A stretch of DNA of 19,224 nucleotides from Candidatus Thermofontivivens primus (GCA_031458695.1 JAVKJW010000040.1:1-19224); one strand, 5' to 3'; counted from the first letter of the stretch, positions 1 through 8,272 are shown. Notes: generated from the sequence alone by a model not told the origin. Numbers and translations: made by a program.

Positions 1-126
1 CGCCCTTAGAGGTACACTTTCTTTTTCGCCCTCCTGAAAACAGCCTTTTCTTTTCGGTTGTAACGTTCATGGCGGCGGAGCTTTAAAGCTCCTAGCCACT
101 CCGGGCACCTTCTGTGCAACCCCGTT

Positions 127-155
127 ATTTCAAAAGGAACTCCGGCAAAAGTCAA
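127..155 (-). promoter_or_regulatory. Possible sigma70-type promoter firing leftwards (TTGACT-N17-TGAAAT)
   Basis: Minus-strand -35 TTGACT (155-150), 17-nt spacer, weak -10 TGAAAT (132-127). Motif match only. Confidence 0.3.
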
Positions 156-168
156 AAGACTTTTGCCG
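143..168. repeat. Palindromic element, copy 1: CGGCAAAAGTC-AAAA-GACTTTTGCCG
   Basis: Perfect 11-bp stem with a 4-nt loop. Related copies at 14900-14926 and 16571-16595. Confidence 0.7.
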
Positions 169-454
169 CGGTACTTGGTACCCTCTACCCTTCCCTCTTC
201 CTCATCGAAGGAGGGAGGAAGTGCATGGCGCTGTGACTACTTTGTGCTCGGTTTTCGACGTCCAACCGGCAGATACTCCTGCAGGACGTAACACATCAAG
301 TGCGAGCCTTCTGGAATGCGCACCAGCCAAATTCCCACCACGCGCCACCACGCGGCCGCATACCGGACTCTCTGGCCGAGAATTCCCACGAAAGAATTTC
401 CCCCGGCCGCTTGCGTGGTAACGATGATCTCCTTGACGGATTCCATCTGGATTC

Positions 455-598
455 AGATGCTTCACTTCGTCCAGCATAACGACGTTTGAACGTGCTTTCC
501 TCATTCGTAAGCTTGAACGAAGCGAAGGATCCTGGTTTCACGTACTTAAGGGGTTAGCAGAACTGATCTGGAGATCCTACTGAACGAAGGAAGGATTT
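455..598. repeat. Three degenerate copies of a ~26-bp REP-like unit (core TGAACGAAGCGAAGGAT)
   Basis: 455-480 (inverted) matches 507-532 at 18 of 26 positions. 581-596 TGAACGAAG-GAAGGAT matches 514-530 apart from a 1-nt gap. Confidence 0.55.
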
Positions 599-665
599 TG
601 GTACGCGATCGAAGGAGGGGGTTCCTTCGAAAGGAGGAGGGATTTGGAACTTCAAAGAAAGATAG

Positions 666-1388
666 CTAACCACCGAGATAGGCCTTTCGTACTTCGGGGT
701 TTCCCATGAGCTCCTGAGCGGTGCCGGAGATGGTGATGGTGCCTGTCTCAAGGACATAGCCCCTGTGGGCGATTTGGAGGGCCATGTGGGCGTTCTGTTC
801 CACAAGCAGGATGGTCGTCCCAGCCCGGTTGATCTCCTGGAGGACTTTGAAGATCTCCCGGACAAGGATCGGGGAAAGGCCCATCGACGGCTCATCCAGG
901 AGCATGACCCTGCCCCTGGACATGAGGGCCCTGCCCACGGCGAGCATCTGCTGTTCTCCCCCGCTCAGGGTGCTCCCCAGCTGCCCCTTCCTCTGGGCCA
1001 GCTGGGGAAAGAGCGCGAACACCCGCTCAAGGTCCCTGGCGATCCCTTCCCTATCCTTCCGACCCCAGGTCGCCAGCAGCAGGTTCTCCAGCACCGTCAG
1101 GTTGCCGAAGATCGCCCTCCCCTCTGGCACGTGGGAGAGGCCAAGCCCGACGATCTGGTGAGGCGCATAGGTCCGCAAATTTTTGCCCTCGAACACGATG
1201 GTGCCCCTGGTAATGGGCACAAGTCCTGAAATGGCCCGCAGGGTCGTGGATTTCCCGGCCCCGTTGGCCCCGATGAGCGTGACGATCTCCCCCTCCTCCA
1301 CCTCAAAGGAGATCCCCTTGAGGGCCCGGATGTTCCCGTAAGCCACCTCAAGCTCTTGCACCTGCAGGAGCGGCTTTCCCGGAGCCAT
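666..1388 (-). CDS. livF: Branched-chain amino acid (HAAT) ABC transporter ATP-binding subunit, LivF-type
   Basis: Walker A GANGAGKST, signature LSGGEQQM, Walker B LLDEPSMGL, VPEGR motif, ends AYLGG. Last gene of the liv operon; its start overlaps the upstream stop (TGATG). Confidence 0.95.
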   Translation of the reverse strand: MAPGKPLLQVQELEVAYGNIRALKGISFEVEEGEIVTLIGANGAGKSTTLRAISGLVPITRGTIVFEGKNLRTYAPHQIVGLGLSHVPEGRAIFGNLTVLENLLLATWGRKDREGIARDLERVFALFPQLAQRKGQLGSTLSGGEQQMLAVGRALMSRGRVMLLDEPSMGLSPILVREIFKVLQEINRAGTTILLVEQNAHMALQIAHRGYVLETGTITISGTAQELMGNPEVRKAYLGG

Positions 1389-2158
1389 CAGGAGGCCGCC
1401 TCCTTCCCAAGGTAGGCCTCGAGCACGCGCGGGTGGTTCTGGATAGCCTCCGGGGGGCCTTCGGCGATGATCGCCCCGAAGTCCATGGCGATGATGCGCT
1501 CGCAGATCCCCATCACCACGCGCATCTGGTGCTCAATGAGCATGATGGTTAGGTTGAACTGCCGGCGGATCCATTGGATAAGCTCCATCAACCTCTGTGC
1601 CTCACCCGGGTTCATCCCCGCAGCAGGCTCATCCAGCAGGAGGAGCCGCGGACGCGTGGCCAGAGCGCGGGCCATCTCAAGCTTGCGCTGCTCACCGTAA
1701 GGCAGGTTCTTTGCCAGCTGGTCGGCATAGCGGTCGAGCTGGAAGATGCGCAGAAGCTCTATGGAGCGTTCATAGATTGCCCGCTCCTCGGCGACGCAGC
1801 GCGGCGTCCGCAGGATCGCCGCAAGGGGACTGTACCGGACCTGGGAGAAGAAGGCGATCCGGACGTTGTCCAGGACGGAGAGGTCCTTGAACAGGCGGAT
1901 CGTTTGGAACGTCCTGGCGATTCCCAGGGAGACGATGTGATAGGAGGGCATCCCCACGAGATCGTGCCCGTTGAACAGGATCTGGCCGCTTGTGGGGACA
2001 TAGACGCCAGTGATCAGGTTGAACACCGTGGTCTTGCCCGCTCCGTTGGGGCCAATGATCCCGATGAGCTCCCCTTCCTCCAGGTCCAAGTTGAAGTCAG
2101 AGACGGCCTTCAGCCCCCCGAAGTAGTGGGTGAGGCGCCGGATCGTCAGGATCGGCAC
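1388..2158 (-). CDS. livG: HAAT ABC transporter ATP-binding subunit, LivG-type
   Basis: FGGLKAV, Walker [25 protein letters not shown] signature, [12 protein letters not shown]-terminal AYLG. GTG start. Confidence 0.95.
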   Translation of the reverse strand: MPILTIRRLTHYFGGLKAVSDFNLDLEEGELIGIIGPNGAGKTTVFNLITGVYVPTSGQILFNGHDLVGMPSYHIVSLGIARTFQTIRLFKDLSVLDNVRIAFFSQVRYSPLAAILRTPRCVAEERAIYERSIELLRIFQLDRYADQLAKNLPYGEQRKLEMARALATRPRLLLLDEPAAGMNPGEAQRLMELIQWIRRQFNLTIMLIEHQMRVVMGICERIIAMDFGAIIAEGPPEAIQNHPRVLEAYLGKEAAS

Positions 2159-2162
2159 ACTA

Positions 2163-3209
2163 TCACCCCCGCGCCTCCTCTACCGTTCCTCGGACCATTG
2201 CGGGCTGCGCCTCGCTCCATGCCCTCTCCTCCGCCGGGATGAACCCCCGGAACTCCCGCAGGCCCATGATCCCTCGCGGCCGCAGGATCATCAAAAGAAC
2301 CAATAGCAGCGGTCCAATGACCCACCGCCAGACCTGAAGCGGTCGGAGAACCTCCAGCAGGACAGTGTATATGGTCGCCCCCAGAATGGATCCCGCAATG
2401 CTCCCGATCCCCCCGAGGTACACCATCACCAGGACGTCGGTGGACTTCAGGATCGTGAAGCTGCGCGGGTTGATGAACTGCAGCACGTGGGCGAACAATC
2501 CCCCCGCGATGCCGGCGAAGAAGGAGGAGAGCACGAACGCCAGGATCTTGATTTGGCGGGTATTCACGCTCACCAGCCCCGCAGCTAGCTCGTCCTCCCG
2601 GATGGAGACCACGCCCCTCCCGAAGTTGGAGAAGACGAAGTTCCGGATCGCCCAGATCGTGACCAGGACCCAGATGTAGACCCAGGCGAGGCTTGTGAGC
2701 TTGGCCATGCCCATGAACCCCCGCGGCCCGCCCACGGCTTCGATGTTCTCCAGGACGCTCTTGACGATCATATTGAACGCCAGGGTGACAATGGCGAGGT
2801 AGTCACCGCGGGTCTTAAAGGAAGGGAAGGCGACGACGAGCCCGGCCACGGCGGCGGCGAGGCCGCCAGCGATCAGGACGAAGGGGAAGGCGAAGGCGGC
2901 ATACTGCGGTGGGATGACCCAAACGGTCAGGATCGAGGAGACGTAAGCCCCTACAGCCATGAACGCCGCGTGCCCGACGGAGAACTCCCCCATGTAGCCA
3001 TTCACAAGGTTCAAGCTCACCGTGAGGATGATGTTGATCCCAACGTACATGAGGACCTGCTGCTGGTAGAGGTTTAGGAGGTTCAGCCTGGGGAGGAGTA
3101 CAGCGAGCAGGAAGAAAAGCAAGAGGGCTGCGTTGGTGACCCAGCGCTTTCCCAGCAGTGCGGCGCAGCGCGCCGCCCAGGGTTGCACCCGTTGGTTGAG
3201 GATCTCCAT
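2163..3209 (-). CDS. livM: HAAT ABC transporter permease, LivM-type
   Basis: SLNLVNGYMGEFSVGHAAF, RGDYLAIVTLAF, GRGVVSIREDELAA, LGGIGSIAGS, RPRGIMG. Start set at ATG 3209 (MEILNQ), 6 nt after GGAGGT. ATG 3227, overlapping the livH stop, is an alternative. The longer extension in the ORF track overlaps livH. Confidence 0.93.
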   Translation of the reverse strand: MEILNQRVQPWAARCAALLGKRWVTNAALLLFFLLAVLLPRLNLLNLYQQQVLMYVGINIILTVSLNLVNGYMGEFSVGHAAFMAVGAYVSSILTVWVIPPQYAAFAFPFVLIAGGLAAAVAGLVVAFPSFKTRGDYLAIVTLAFNMIVKSVLENIEAVGGPRGFMGMAKLTSLAWVYIWVLVTIWAIRNFVFSNFGRGVVSIREDELAAGLVSVNTRQIKILAFVLSSFFAGIAGGLFAHVLQFINPRSFTILKSTDVLVMVYLGGIGSIAGSILGATIYTVLLEVLRPLQVWRWVIGPLLLVLLMILRPRGIMGLREFRGFIPAEERAWSEAQPAMVRGTVEEARG

Positions 3210-3226
3210 GCGCAGACCTCCCGCCA

Positions 3227-4129
3227 TTACACCTTCTGGATCATGGGCCGGCCCAGGATGCCCGTGGGCCGGAAGATGAGGAGGAGGAGAAGGATGGAGA
3301 AGGCGACGAAGTCGCGGTAGGTGGATGCCAGGAGCACTGGCGTGAAGATCTCCACCGCACCCAGGATGTACCCGCCGATCATCGCGCCGCGGATATTCCC
3401 GATCCCTCCTACCACGGCGGAGATGAATGCCCACCACCCAATGCGGATCCCCATGTAGGGATCAATGGTGTAGGCCATCCCGTAGAGCGTGCCCCCGATC
3501 GCGGCCATGACCGCGCCCAGGGCGAAGGTGAGGGAGATGATACGATCCACTGGCACGCCCATTAAGGAGGCCGTGAACTTATCCCAGGAAACCGCCCGCA
3601 TCGCCATCCCCACCATTGTGCGCTGCACGATCGTATCCAAGAGGAACATGACTAAGACAGAGACGAGGATGATCGTGATCTGAATCGTGGAGAAGGTCAC
3701 CCCGCCCACGGTCACGTTCACCACGGGGAGGAGCCGGGGAAGGAAGCGTGGCTCCGGACCAATGGTGGCCAGGGTGAAATTCTCCAGGAACAGGCCGACG
3801 CCGAGGGCCGTAATCACCGCAGAGATGCGCGGGGCCTTGCGCAAAGGCTTGTAGGCGAAGCGCTCAATGGCCACGGCAAGGACAGTGGTGCCAAACATAG
3901 CGACGACGATGGTTACGGCAAAGATGAAGAGGGGAGGGAGGGAGGCGAACAGTCCCAAGAGTAGTGTGGCTACGAAGAAGGCGATGTAGGTGCTCACCAT
4001 GAAGATATCGCCATGGGCGAAGTTGATCATGGTGAGGATCCCGTAGACCATGGTGTAGCCCAGGGCGATGAGGGCATAGACGCTGCCCACTTGCAGGGCA
4101 TTGAGGACTTGCTGGACAATGAACTGCAC
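3227..4129 (-). CDS. livH: HAAT ABC transporter permease, LivH-type
   Basis: GSVYALIALGYTMVYGILTMINFAHG, IERFAYKPLR, VGGIGNIRGAMIGG, RPTGILG. GTG start preceded by a purine-rich RBS. Confidence 0.95.
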   Translation of the reverse strand: MQFIVQQVLNALQVGSVYALIALGYTMVYGILTMINFAHGDIFMVSTYIAFFVATLLLGLFASLPPLFIFAVTIVVAMFGTTVLAVAIERFAYKPLRKAPRISAVITALGVGLFLENFTLATIGPEPRFLPRLLPVVNVTVGGVTFSTIQITIILVSVLVMFLLDTIVQRTMVGMAMRAVSWDKFTASLMGVPVDRIISLTFALGAVMAAIGGTLYGMAYTIDPYMGIRIGWWAFISAVVGGIGNIRGAMIGGYILGAVEIFTPVLLASTYRDFVAFSILLLLLIFRPTGILGRPMIQKV

Positions 4130-4157
4130 AGAGATCTCCCCTCAAGCTAAGGGGCCG

Positions 4158-4199
4158 TGCTGCGGGTGAGCGGCCTCGCGGGGCCGCTCACCCGCAGCA
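4158..4199. promoter_or_regulatory. Perfect 18-bp inverted repeat between the binding-protein and permease genes; likely an mRNA-stabilising or partial-termination hairpin
   Basis: TGCTGCGGGTGAGCGGCC (4158-4175) and GGCCGCTCACCCGCAGCA (4182-4199) are exact reverse complements with a 6-nt loop. No long U-tract on the minus strand. Confidence 0.65.
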
Positions 4200-4236
4200 A
4201 CAGCATCACGTTGCAGGCCACGACTTCGGGCGAAGT

Positions 4237-5397
4237 TTATGGTTTGGCGACGGAGTGGAACCGGAACTTCCCCTCCCTGATCTGGATGATCACCGCGCTC
4301 TTGATCGGGTCGCCTGTGCCCTTGAACTGCATCACCCCGGTGACCCCTTCGTACTCGGTGATGCTCGCCAGGGCGTTGCGGATGGCCTCCCGGTCGAGCT
4401 TGCCTGCGGCCTTGATCGCCTGGAAGGCCAGGCCAAAGGAATCGTAGGTGAGGGCGGCCACGTCGTCAGGCGTCTTGCCGTACTTGGCCTCGTAAGCTTT
4501 GATGAACTGCTGCGCCTTCGGGGTGGCGATGTCGGTGGCGTAGTGAGTGGTGAAGAAGAGCCCCTCACAATCCTTCCCGCAGAGGGTGATGAGCTCCAGG
4601 TTGCCCCAGGAATCGCTCCCGAAAATGATCCCCTTGAAGCCCAGCTTGTGGGCCTGCTGGACCTGCAGCGGCACTTCCGAGTAGTAGTTAGGGAGGAAGA
4701 GGGTGTCCGCCCCCGCCTCCTTGATCTTGGTCAGCTGCGCGGAGAAGTCCTTGTCTCCGGTGGTGTAGGTCTCAAAGGCAACCACCTGGATGCCGTTCTC
4801 CTCGAGGGTCTTCTTGTAGATCTCGGCGATCCCCTTGTTATATTCCGAGGCGACGTCGTAGAGGACGGCGGGCCGCTTGGTCTTCAGCTCGGTGATGGCA
4901 AACTTCGCCGCAACCTGGCCCTGGAAGTCGTCAATGAAGGCAGCTCGGAAGACGTACTTCTTGGGCTGGCCGGTCTTGGGGTCTAGGGTCGTCTTGGGGT
5001 TCGTCGACCAGGGGCTGATCATGGGCATCTTGTTGGACTCGGCGACCTCAGAGGCTGGAATGGCATTGCGGCTGGCATTGGGACCGATCATCAGAAGGAC
5101 CCCAGCGGTGTTCAGCTTCTGGGCCGCAGCGGCGGCAGACTCCGCTTTATCCTCGTTGTCCTCCACGAGGAGGGTGACCTTGTACTTCTTCCCTCCTACC
5201 TCCAGGCCGCCCGCAGCGTTGACTTCCTCTACGGCCATCTCGGCGGCGTTCTTGCAGGAAGCCCCGACCACGGGGATGCTCCCGGTGAGCTCGGCGTTGA
5301 GGCCGATTTTGATCTCGGTCGGGGCTCGCGGCGCGCAGGCTGTAAGGACTATGGCCAGGAGAACCGCTCCACCAACAAGGAAGACGCGCTCTCGCAT
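4237..5397 (-). CDS. livK: HAAT ABC transporter substrate-binding lipoprotein (LivJ/LivK family), 386 aa
   Basis: Start ATG 5397 (MRERVFLVGG...) after a G-rich RBS (GGGGTAAGGAG). Hydrophobic signal with lipobox LTAC. Motifs AVEEVNAAGG, YVFRAAFIDDFQG, DFSAQLTKIK, YEGVTGVMQF. First gene of the operon; actual ligand not determinable. Confidence 0.9.
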   Translation of the reverse strand: MRERVFLVGGAVLLAIVLTACAPRAPTEIKIGLNAELTGSIPVVGASCKNAAEMAVEEVNAAGGLEVGGKKYKVTLLVEDNEDKAESAAAAAQKLNTAGVLLMIGPNASRNAIPASEVAESNKMPMISPWSTNPKTTLDPKTGQPKKYVFRAAFIDDFQGQVAAKFAITELKTKRPAVLYDVASEYNKGIAEIYKKTLEENGIQVVAFETYTTGDKDFSAQLTKIKEAGADTLFLPNYYSEVPLQVQQAHKLGFKGIIFGSDSWGNLELITLCGKDCEGLFFTTHYATDIATPKAQQFIKAYEAKYGKTPDDVAALTYDSFGLAFQAIKAAGKLDREAIRNALASITEYEGVTGVMQFKGTGDPIKSAVIIQIREGKFRFHSVAKP

Positions 5398-5531
5398 CTC
5401 CTTACCCCCCTTTTGAAGGATGTACGAAGTGCTTGCAAGTGAATGACTACGCCGTGCATCTTCCTTTCTCCTTGTCCTGGGGGACCGGGGAAAGTCCAGA
5501 GGAGGATTTCCTTTAGGGAGGGAAGAAGAGG

Positions 5532-5607
5532 TCGGCCTGGGCTCCTCGGGTCGATTCGGGAGGGGCGTCTTTGAGGCTCGTCGTGAGGTTTCGGGAGCCC
5601 AGGCCGA
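5532..5607. repeat. 14-bp perfect inverted repeat enclosing 48 nt in the livK/sppA divergent intergenic region
   Basis: TCGGCCTGGGCTCC (5532-5545) / GGAGCCCAGGCCGA (5594-5607). Confidence 0.75.
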
Positions 5608-5655
5608 TGCCTCCAGGCTATCCCGGAAGGAGGGAGGAGCAATTTCGATGCCCTG

Positions 5656-7332
5656 ATGCAGACCATGATGACCATTCTCCTCCTCATCCAAGACCTCCTC
5701 AGGAACCTCCTGGTCCTCCTTGGGAACATCCTCGTCTCGATCCTCCCAAAGCCGGACTACGTCACCATCGACCTGGAGGGGCCGTTCCCCCAGCGCCGGG
5801 TCCGGCCGAGGTTCCCCGGACAGCCCGTCCCCCTGAGCCTCGAGACCCTGCGGGAGCGGCTTTCCCGTGTGGTGGCTGATCCCCGGGTGAAGGGTGTCGT
5901 GGTCAAGGTAGGCGACCTTCCTGCTGGACTGGCCACCGTGGAGAGCCTCCGGAACGCGTTCCGGGAGGTGCGGGAGAAGGGGAAGCGCGTGGTATTCTAT
6001 CTCCCCTCTGCGGACCTCCGGCGGTATTACCTCGCCAGCGTCGGGGACGCTGTGGTCATGCCGGAAAGCGGAGACCTCTCCATCACCGGGCTCCGCCTGG
6101 AGGTTTCTTTCTACCGGCGGGGGCTCGACCGCCTGGGCATCGAGCCCCAGTTTGATCGCATCGCCGAATACAAGACCGCGGCCGATCCCTTCCTCTATCC
6201 CCAGATGCAGAGGCCCCACCGGGAGAACCTCGAGAGCATCCTCGATGGGCTGTTCGAGCACATGGTCACGGAGATCGCGCGGAGCAGGAACCTCGATCCC
6301 GGAGCGGTACGCCAGGCGATCAACGAGGCCCCCCTCACCCCTGAAGAGGCCAGGGCGGATGGCTTGGTAGATGCCTTGCTCTACGAGGACGAGCTACCCA
6401 CTTTCTTGGGCACGCCGGAGAAGCCTAGCCGGATTCTTCCCTGGCGCCTGGCAAGGTTCCGGCTGCGCAGGAGGATCGTCTGGCGGTTCCGTGCCCGCGG
6501 CGTGATCGGTGTCGTCCAGGTGCTCGGGATCATCGCCCCTGGGGAGAGCCGGGACCTCCCGCTGCTTGGCCCAGTGAGCGGTGCGGATACCATCATACGG
6601 GCGCTGCGCGCGGCCGAGCGCCACCCCCGTGTCCGCGCTGTCGTCTTCTACGTCAACTCCCGCGGGGGTTCTGCCCTTGCTTCGGACATGATCTGGAGGG
6701 AGGTCTCCCGCCTGGCAAAGCGCAAACCCGTGGTGGCGGCCATGGGGGACGTGGCGGGTTCCGGGGGATACTATGTGGCGTGCGGCGCACCGTACCTGAT
6801 CGCCCACCCTGCCACGATCACAGGCTCCATCGGGGTGGTTGTGGGGAAGTTCTTCTTGGGAAACTTCCTGGAGAGGTGGGGGATCCACCGGGAGATCCTC
6901 ACCCGGGGAGCCCAGGCAACCATCGAATCCCCCTTTTCTCCGTACTCGCCGAAAGAATGGGAACGCCTCCGGAAGCTCATGGAGGAGATCTACGCGAGGT
7001 TTCTCTCCCGCGTCAGCGAGGGGAGGAAGAAGCGCAAGGAGGAAGTGATCCCCATCGCAGGAGGTCGCATCTGGACAGGGTCTCAGGCCCACTCCCTGGG
7101 CCTTGTGGATGAGCTCGGGGACTTTGAGACAGCCGTCGCCCGCGCGCGAGGCCTCGCCGGGTTCCCCCCGGAAGCGGAGGTTCCCGTGGTGACCATCTCC
7201 CCACCCCGCGCTGTTCCCATCCCCACGCCCGCCCGCGTCCTCTTGGATCTGGAAGGAGCATTCCAGGTGCTGCGATCCCTCGGTTCGGAGACGGCCCTGG
7301 CCCTTATGCCATGGGACATCTGGATCGGGTGA
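5656..7332 (+). CDS. sppA: Signal peptide peptidase SppA (protease IV, S49 family, two-domain long form)
   Basis: N-terminal hydrophobic anchor. Catalytic Lys region EYKTAA, NSRGGSALASD, catalytic Ser in AGSGGYYVA, TITGSIGV, GGRIWTGSQA, GLVDELG. Confidence 0.92.
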   Translation: MQTMMTILLLIQDLLRNLLVLLGNILVSILPKPDYVTIDLEGPFPQRRVRPRFPGQPVPLSLETLRERLSRVVADPRVKGVVVKVGDLPAGLATVESLRNAFREVREKGKRVVFYLPSADLRRYYLASVGDAVVMPESGDLSITGLRLEVSFYRRGLDRLGIEPQFDRIAEYKTAADPFLYPQMQRPHRENLESILDGLFEHMVTEIARSRNLDPGAVRQAINEAPLTPEEARADGLVDALLYEDELPTFLGTPEKPSRILPWRLARFRLRRRIVWRFRARGVIGVVQVLGIIAPGESRDLPLLGPVSGADTIIRALRAAERHPRVRAVVFYVNSRGGSALASDMIWREVSRLAKRKPVVAAMGDVAGSGGYYVACGAPYLIAHPATITGSIGVVVGKFFLGNFLERWGIHREILTRGAQATIESPFSPYSPKEWERLRKLMEEIYARFLSRVSEGRKKRKEEVIPIAGGRIWTGSQAHSLGLVDELGDFETAVARARGLAGFPPEAEVPVVTISPPRAVPIPTPARVLLDLEGAFQVLRSLGSETALALMPWDIWIG

Positions 7333-7344
7333 GAAGAGGACAAG

Positions 7345-8214
7345 GTGAGCGAGGATGGGATCGGCAGGAGAGTCTCCTCCTCCCCCCGAACAACTTACAA
7401 GATGATGGGAGGGGACCCTGGAGCGCCGCCTGACGGGACGGCCTTCCAGATCAAGGTGTTGGCCAGCGGTAGCGCGGGGAACGCCATCCTTGCCCGGGCA
7501 GGGGATACTTGCCTCCTGGTGGACGCGGGCCTTTCTGCGGATGCGCTGGCACGGGCGCTTGCGCCGCTCTCCCTCACCCTTTCTGACCTGACCGCCATCC
7601 TCCTCACCCACGAGCACGACGACCACGCCCGGGGTGCTGCAGGGATCAGCCGGCAGGCGGGCATCCCGATCTTCTCTACAGAGACCGTCGCCAGGGCCTG
7701 CCGTGAGATGTTTGCCGACGCCAGGGTAGAGACCTTCCGGCCTGAGGTCCCCTTCCGCATCGGCCCGTTCACCATCGAGGCCTTTCCCCTGCCGCACGAC
7801 GCCATTGACCCCGTGGGGTTCCACTTGAGCCTGGACGGCGCCCGAGCAGTCGTTGCCTTGGATTTTGGGGATCTTGAGGAGCCCCTCCTGGAGAGGGCGA
7901 AAGGAGCTCAACTCCTCATCCTGGAGGCGAACTACGACCTTCACCTCCTGCGGGAAGGGCCGTACCCGTGGTTTGTGAAGAACCGCATCCTGAGCAGGCG
8001 TGGGCACCTCTCCAACGACGCGGCGGCCAAGGCGGCGGTCGCCAGTGCAACAGGGAACCTCCAGACAGTGCTCCTCGTCCACCTGAGCGAGGTGAACAAC
8101 CTTGCGCCCCTGGCCAGGGATACGGTGAAATGGGCCCTTGAGCGCGAGGGCCTGGGTCACGTACGCGTGGAGGTCGTCCGCCCCAATGGCCAGAGTCCCC
8201 TTCTTGTGATTTGA
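7345..8214 (+). CDS. Metallo-beta-lactamase-fold hydrolase, YycJ/WalJ/PhnP-like
   Basis: VLASGSAGNA, LVDAG, THEHDDH (HxHxDH), PHDAIDPVGF, LEANYD, GPYPW, RILSRRGHLSN, HLSEVNN. Start uncertain: GTG 7345 or ATG 7402/7405. Confidence 0.88.
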   Translation: MSEDGIGRRVSSSPRTTYKMMGGDPGAPPDGTAFQIKVLASGSAGNAILARAGDTCLLVDAGLSADALARALAPLSLTLSDLTAILLTHEHDDHARGAAGISRQAGIPIFSTETVARACREMFADARVETFRPEVPFRIGPFTIEAFPLPHDAIDPVGFHLSLDGARAVVALDFGDLEEPLLERAKGAQLLILEANYDLHLLREGPYPWFVKNRILSRRGHLSNDAAAKAAVASATGNLQTVLLVHLSEVNNLAPLARDTVKWALEREGLGHVRVEVVRPNGQSPLLVI

Positions 8215-8257
8215 GTTTGTCGGGTTCATTGGGTTTATTGGGTTTGTCGAGTTTGAA
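8213..8257. repeat. Five degenerate tandem 9-bp units (GRGTTYRWN)
   Basis: GAGTTTGTC GGGTTCATT GGGTTTATT GGGTTTGTC GAGTTTGAA, read directly from the sequence. Confidence 0.85.
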
Positions 8258-8272
8258 GGTAGGGCGAGCACG

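Noticed and set aside
1..70. Minus-strand open frame from ATG 70 running off the window (MNVTTEKKRLFSGGRKRKCTSKG...)
   Set aside because: Only 23 codons visible, no RBS and no recognisable motif; cannot be supported from this window.
60..125. TPP, cobalamin, c-di-GMP-II or fluoride riboswitch
   Set aside because: Only short fragments resemble them (GGTGCC, TGAAC, GGGCAC..GTGCAACC). Essential cores such as CUGAGA and CUGAU for TPP, or GGGAA and the B12 box, are missing.
165..185. T-box antiterminator (GTACCGCG on the minus strand)
   Set aside because: Lacks the conserved GGUGG preceding NACCGCG, and no Stem I or terminator is evident.
202..541. Short ORFs in the left intergenic region
   Set aside because: Mutually overlapping, atypical codon usage, and coincident with repeats and hairpins.
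455..598. CRISPR array
   Set aside because: Units are degenerate, in mixed orientation and irregularly spaced; no cas genes in the window.
5614..5640. SRP RNA (CAGG..CCGGAAGG-like string)
   Set aside because: The helix 8 pattern (CAGG-stem-GNRA-stem-AGCAG) is not completed; the purine run is better explained as an RBS.
5398..6261. 288-aa N-terminal extension of the binding protein in the ORF track
   Set aside because: Antisense to sppA. The signal peptide, lipobox and RBS place the real start at 5397.
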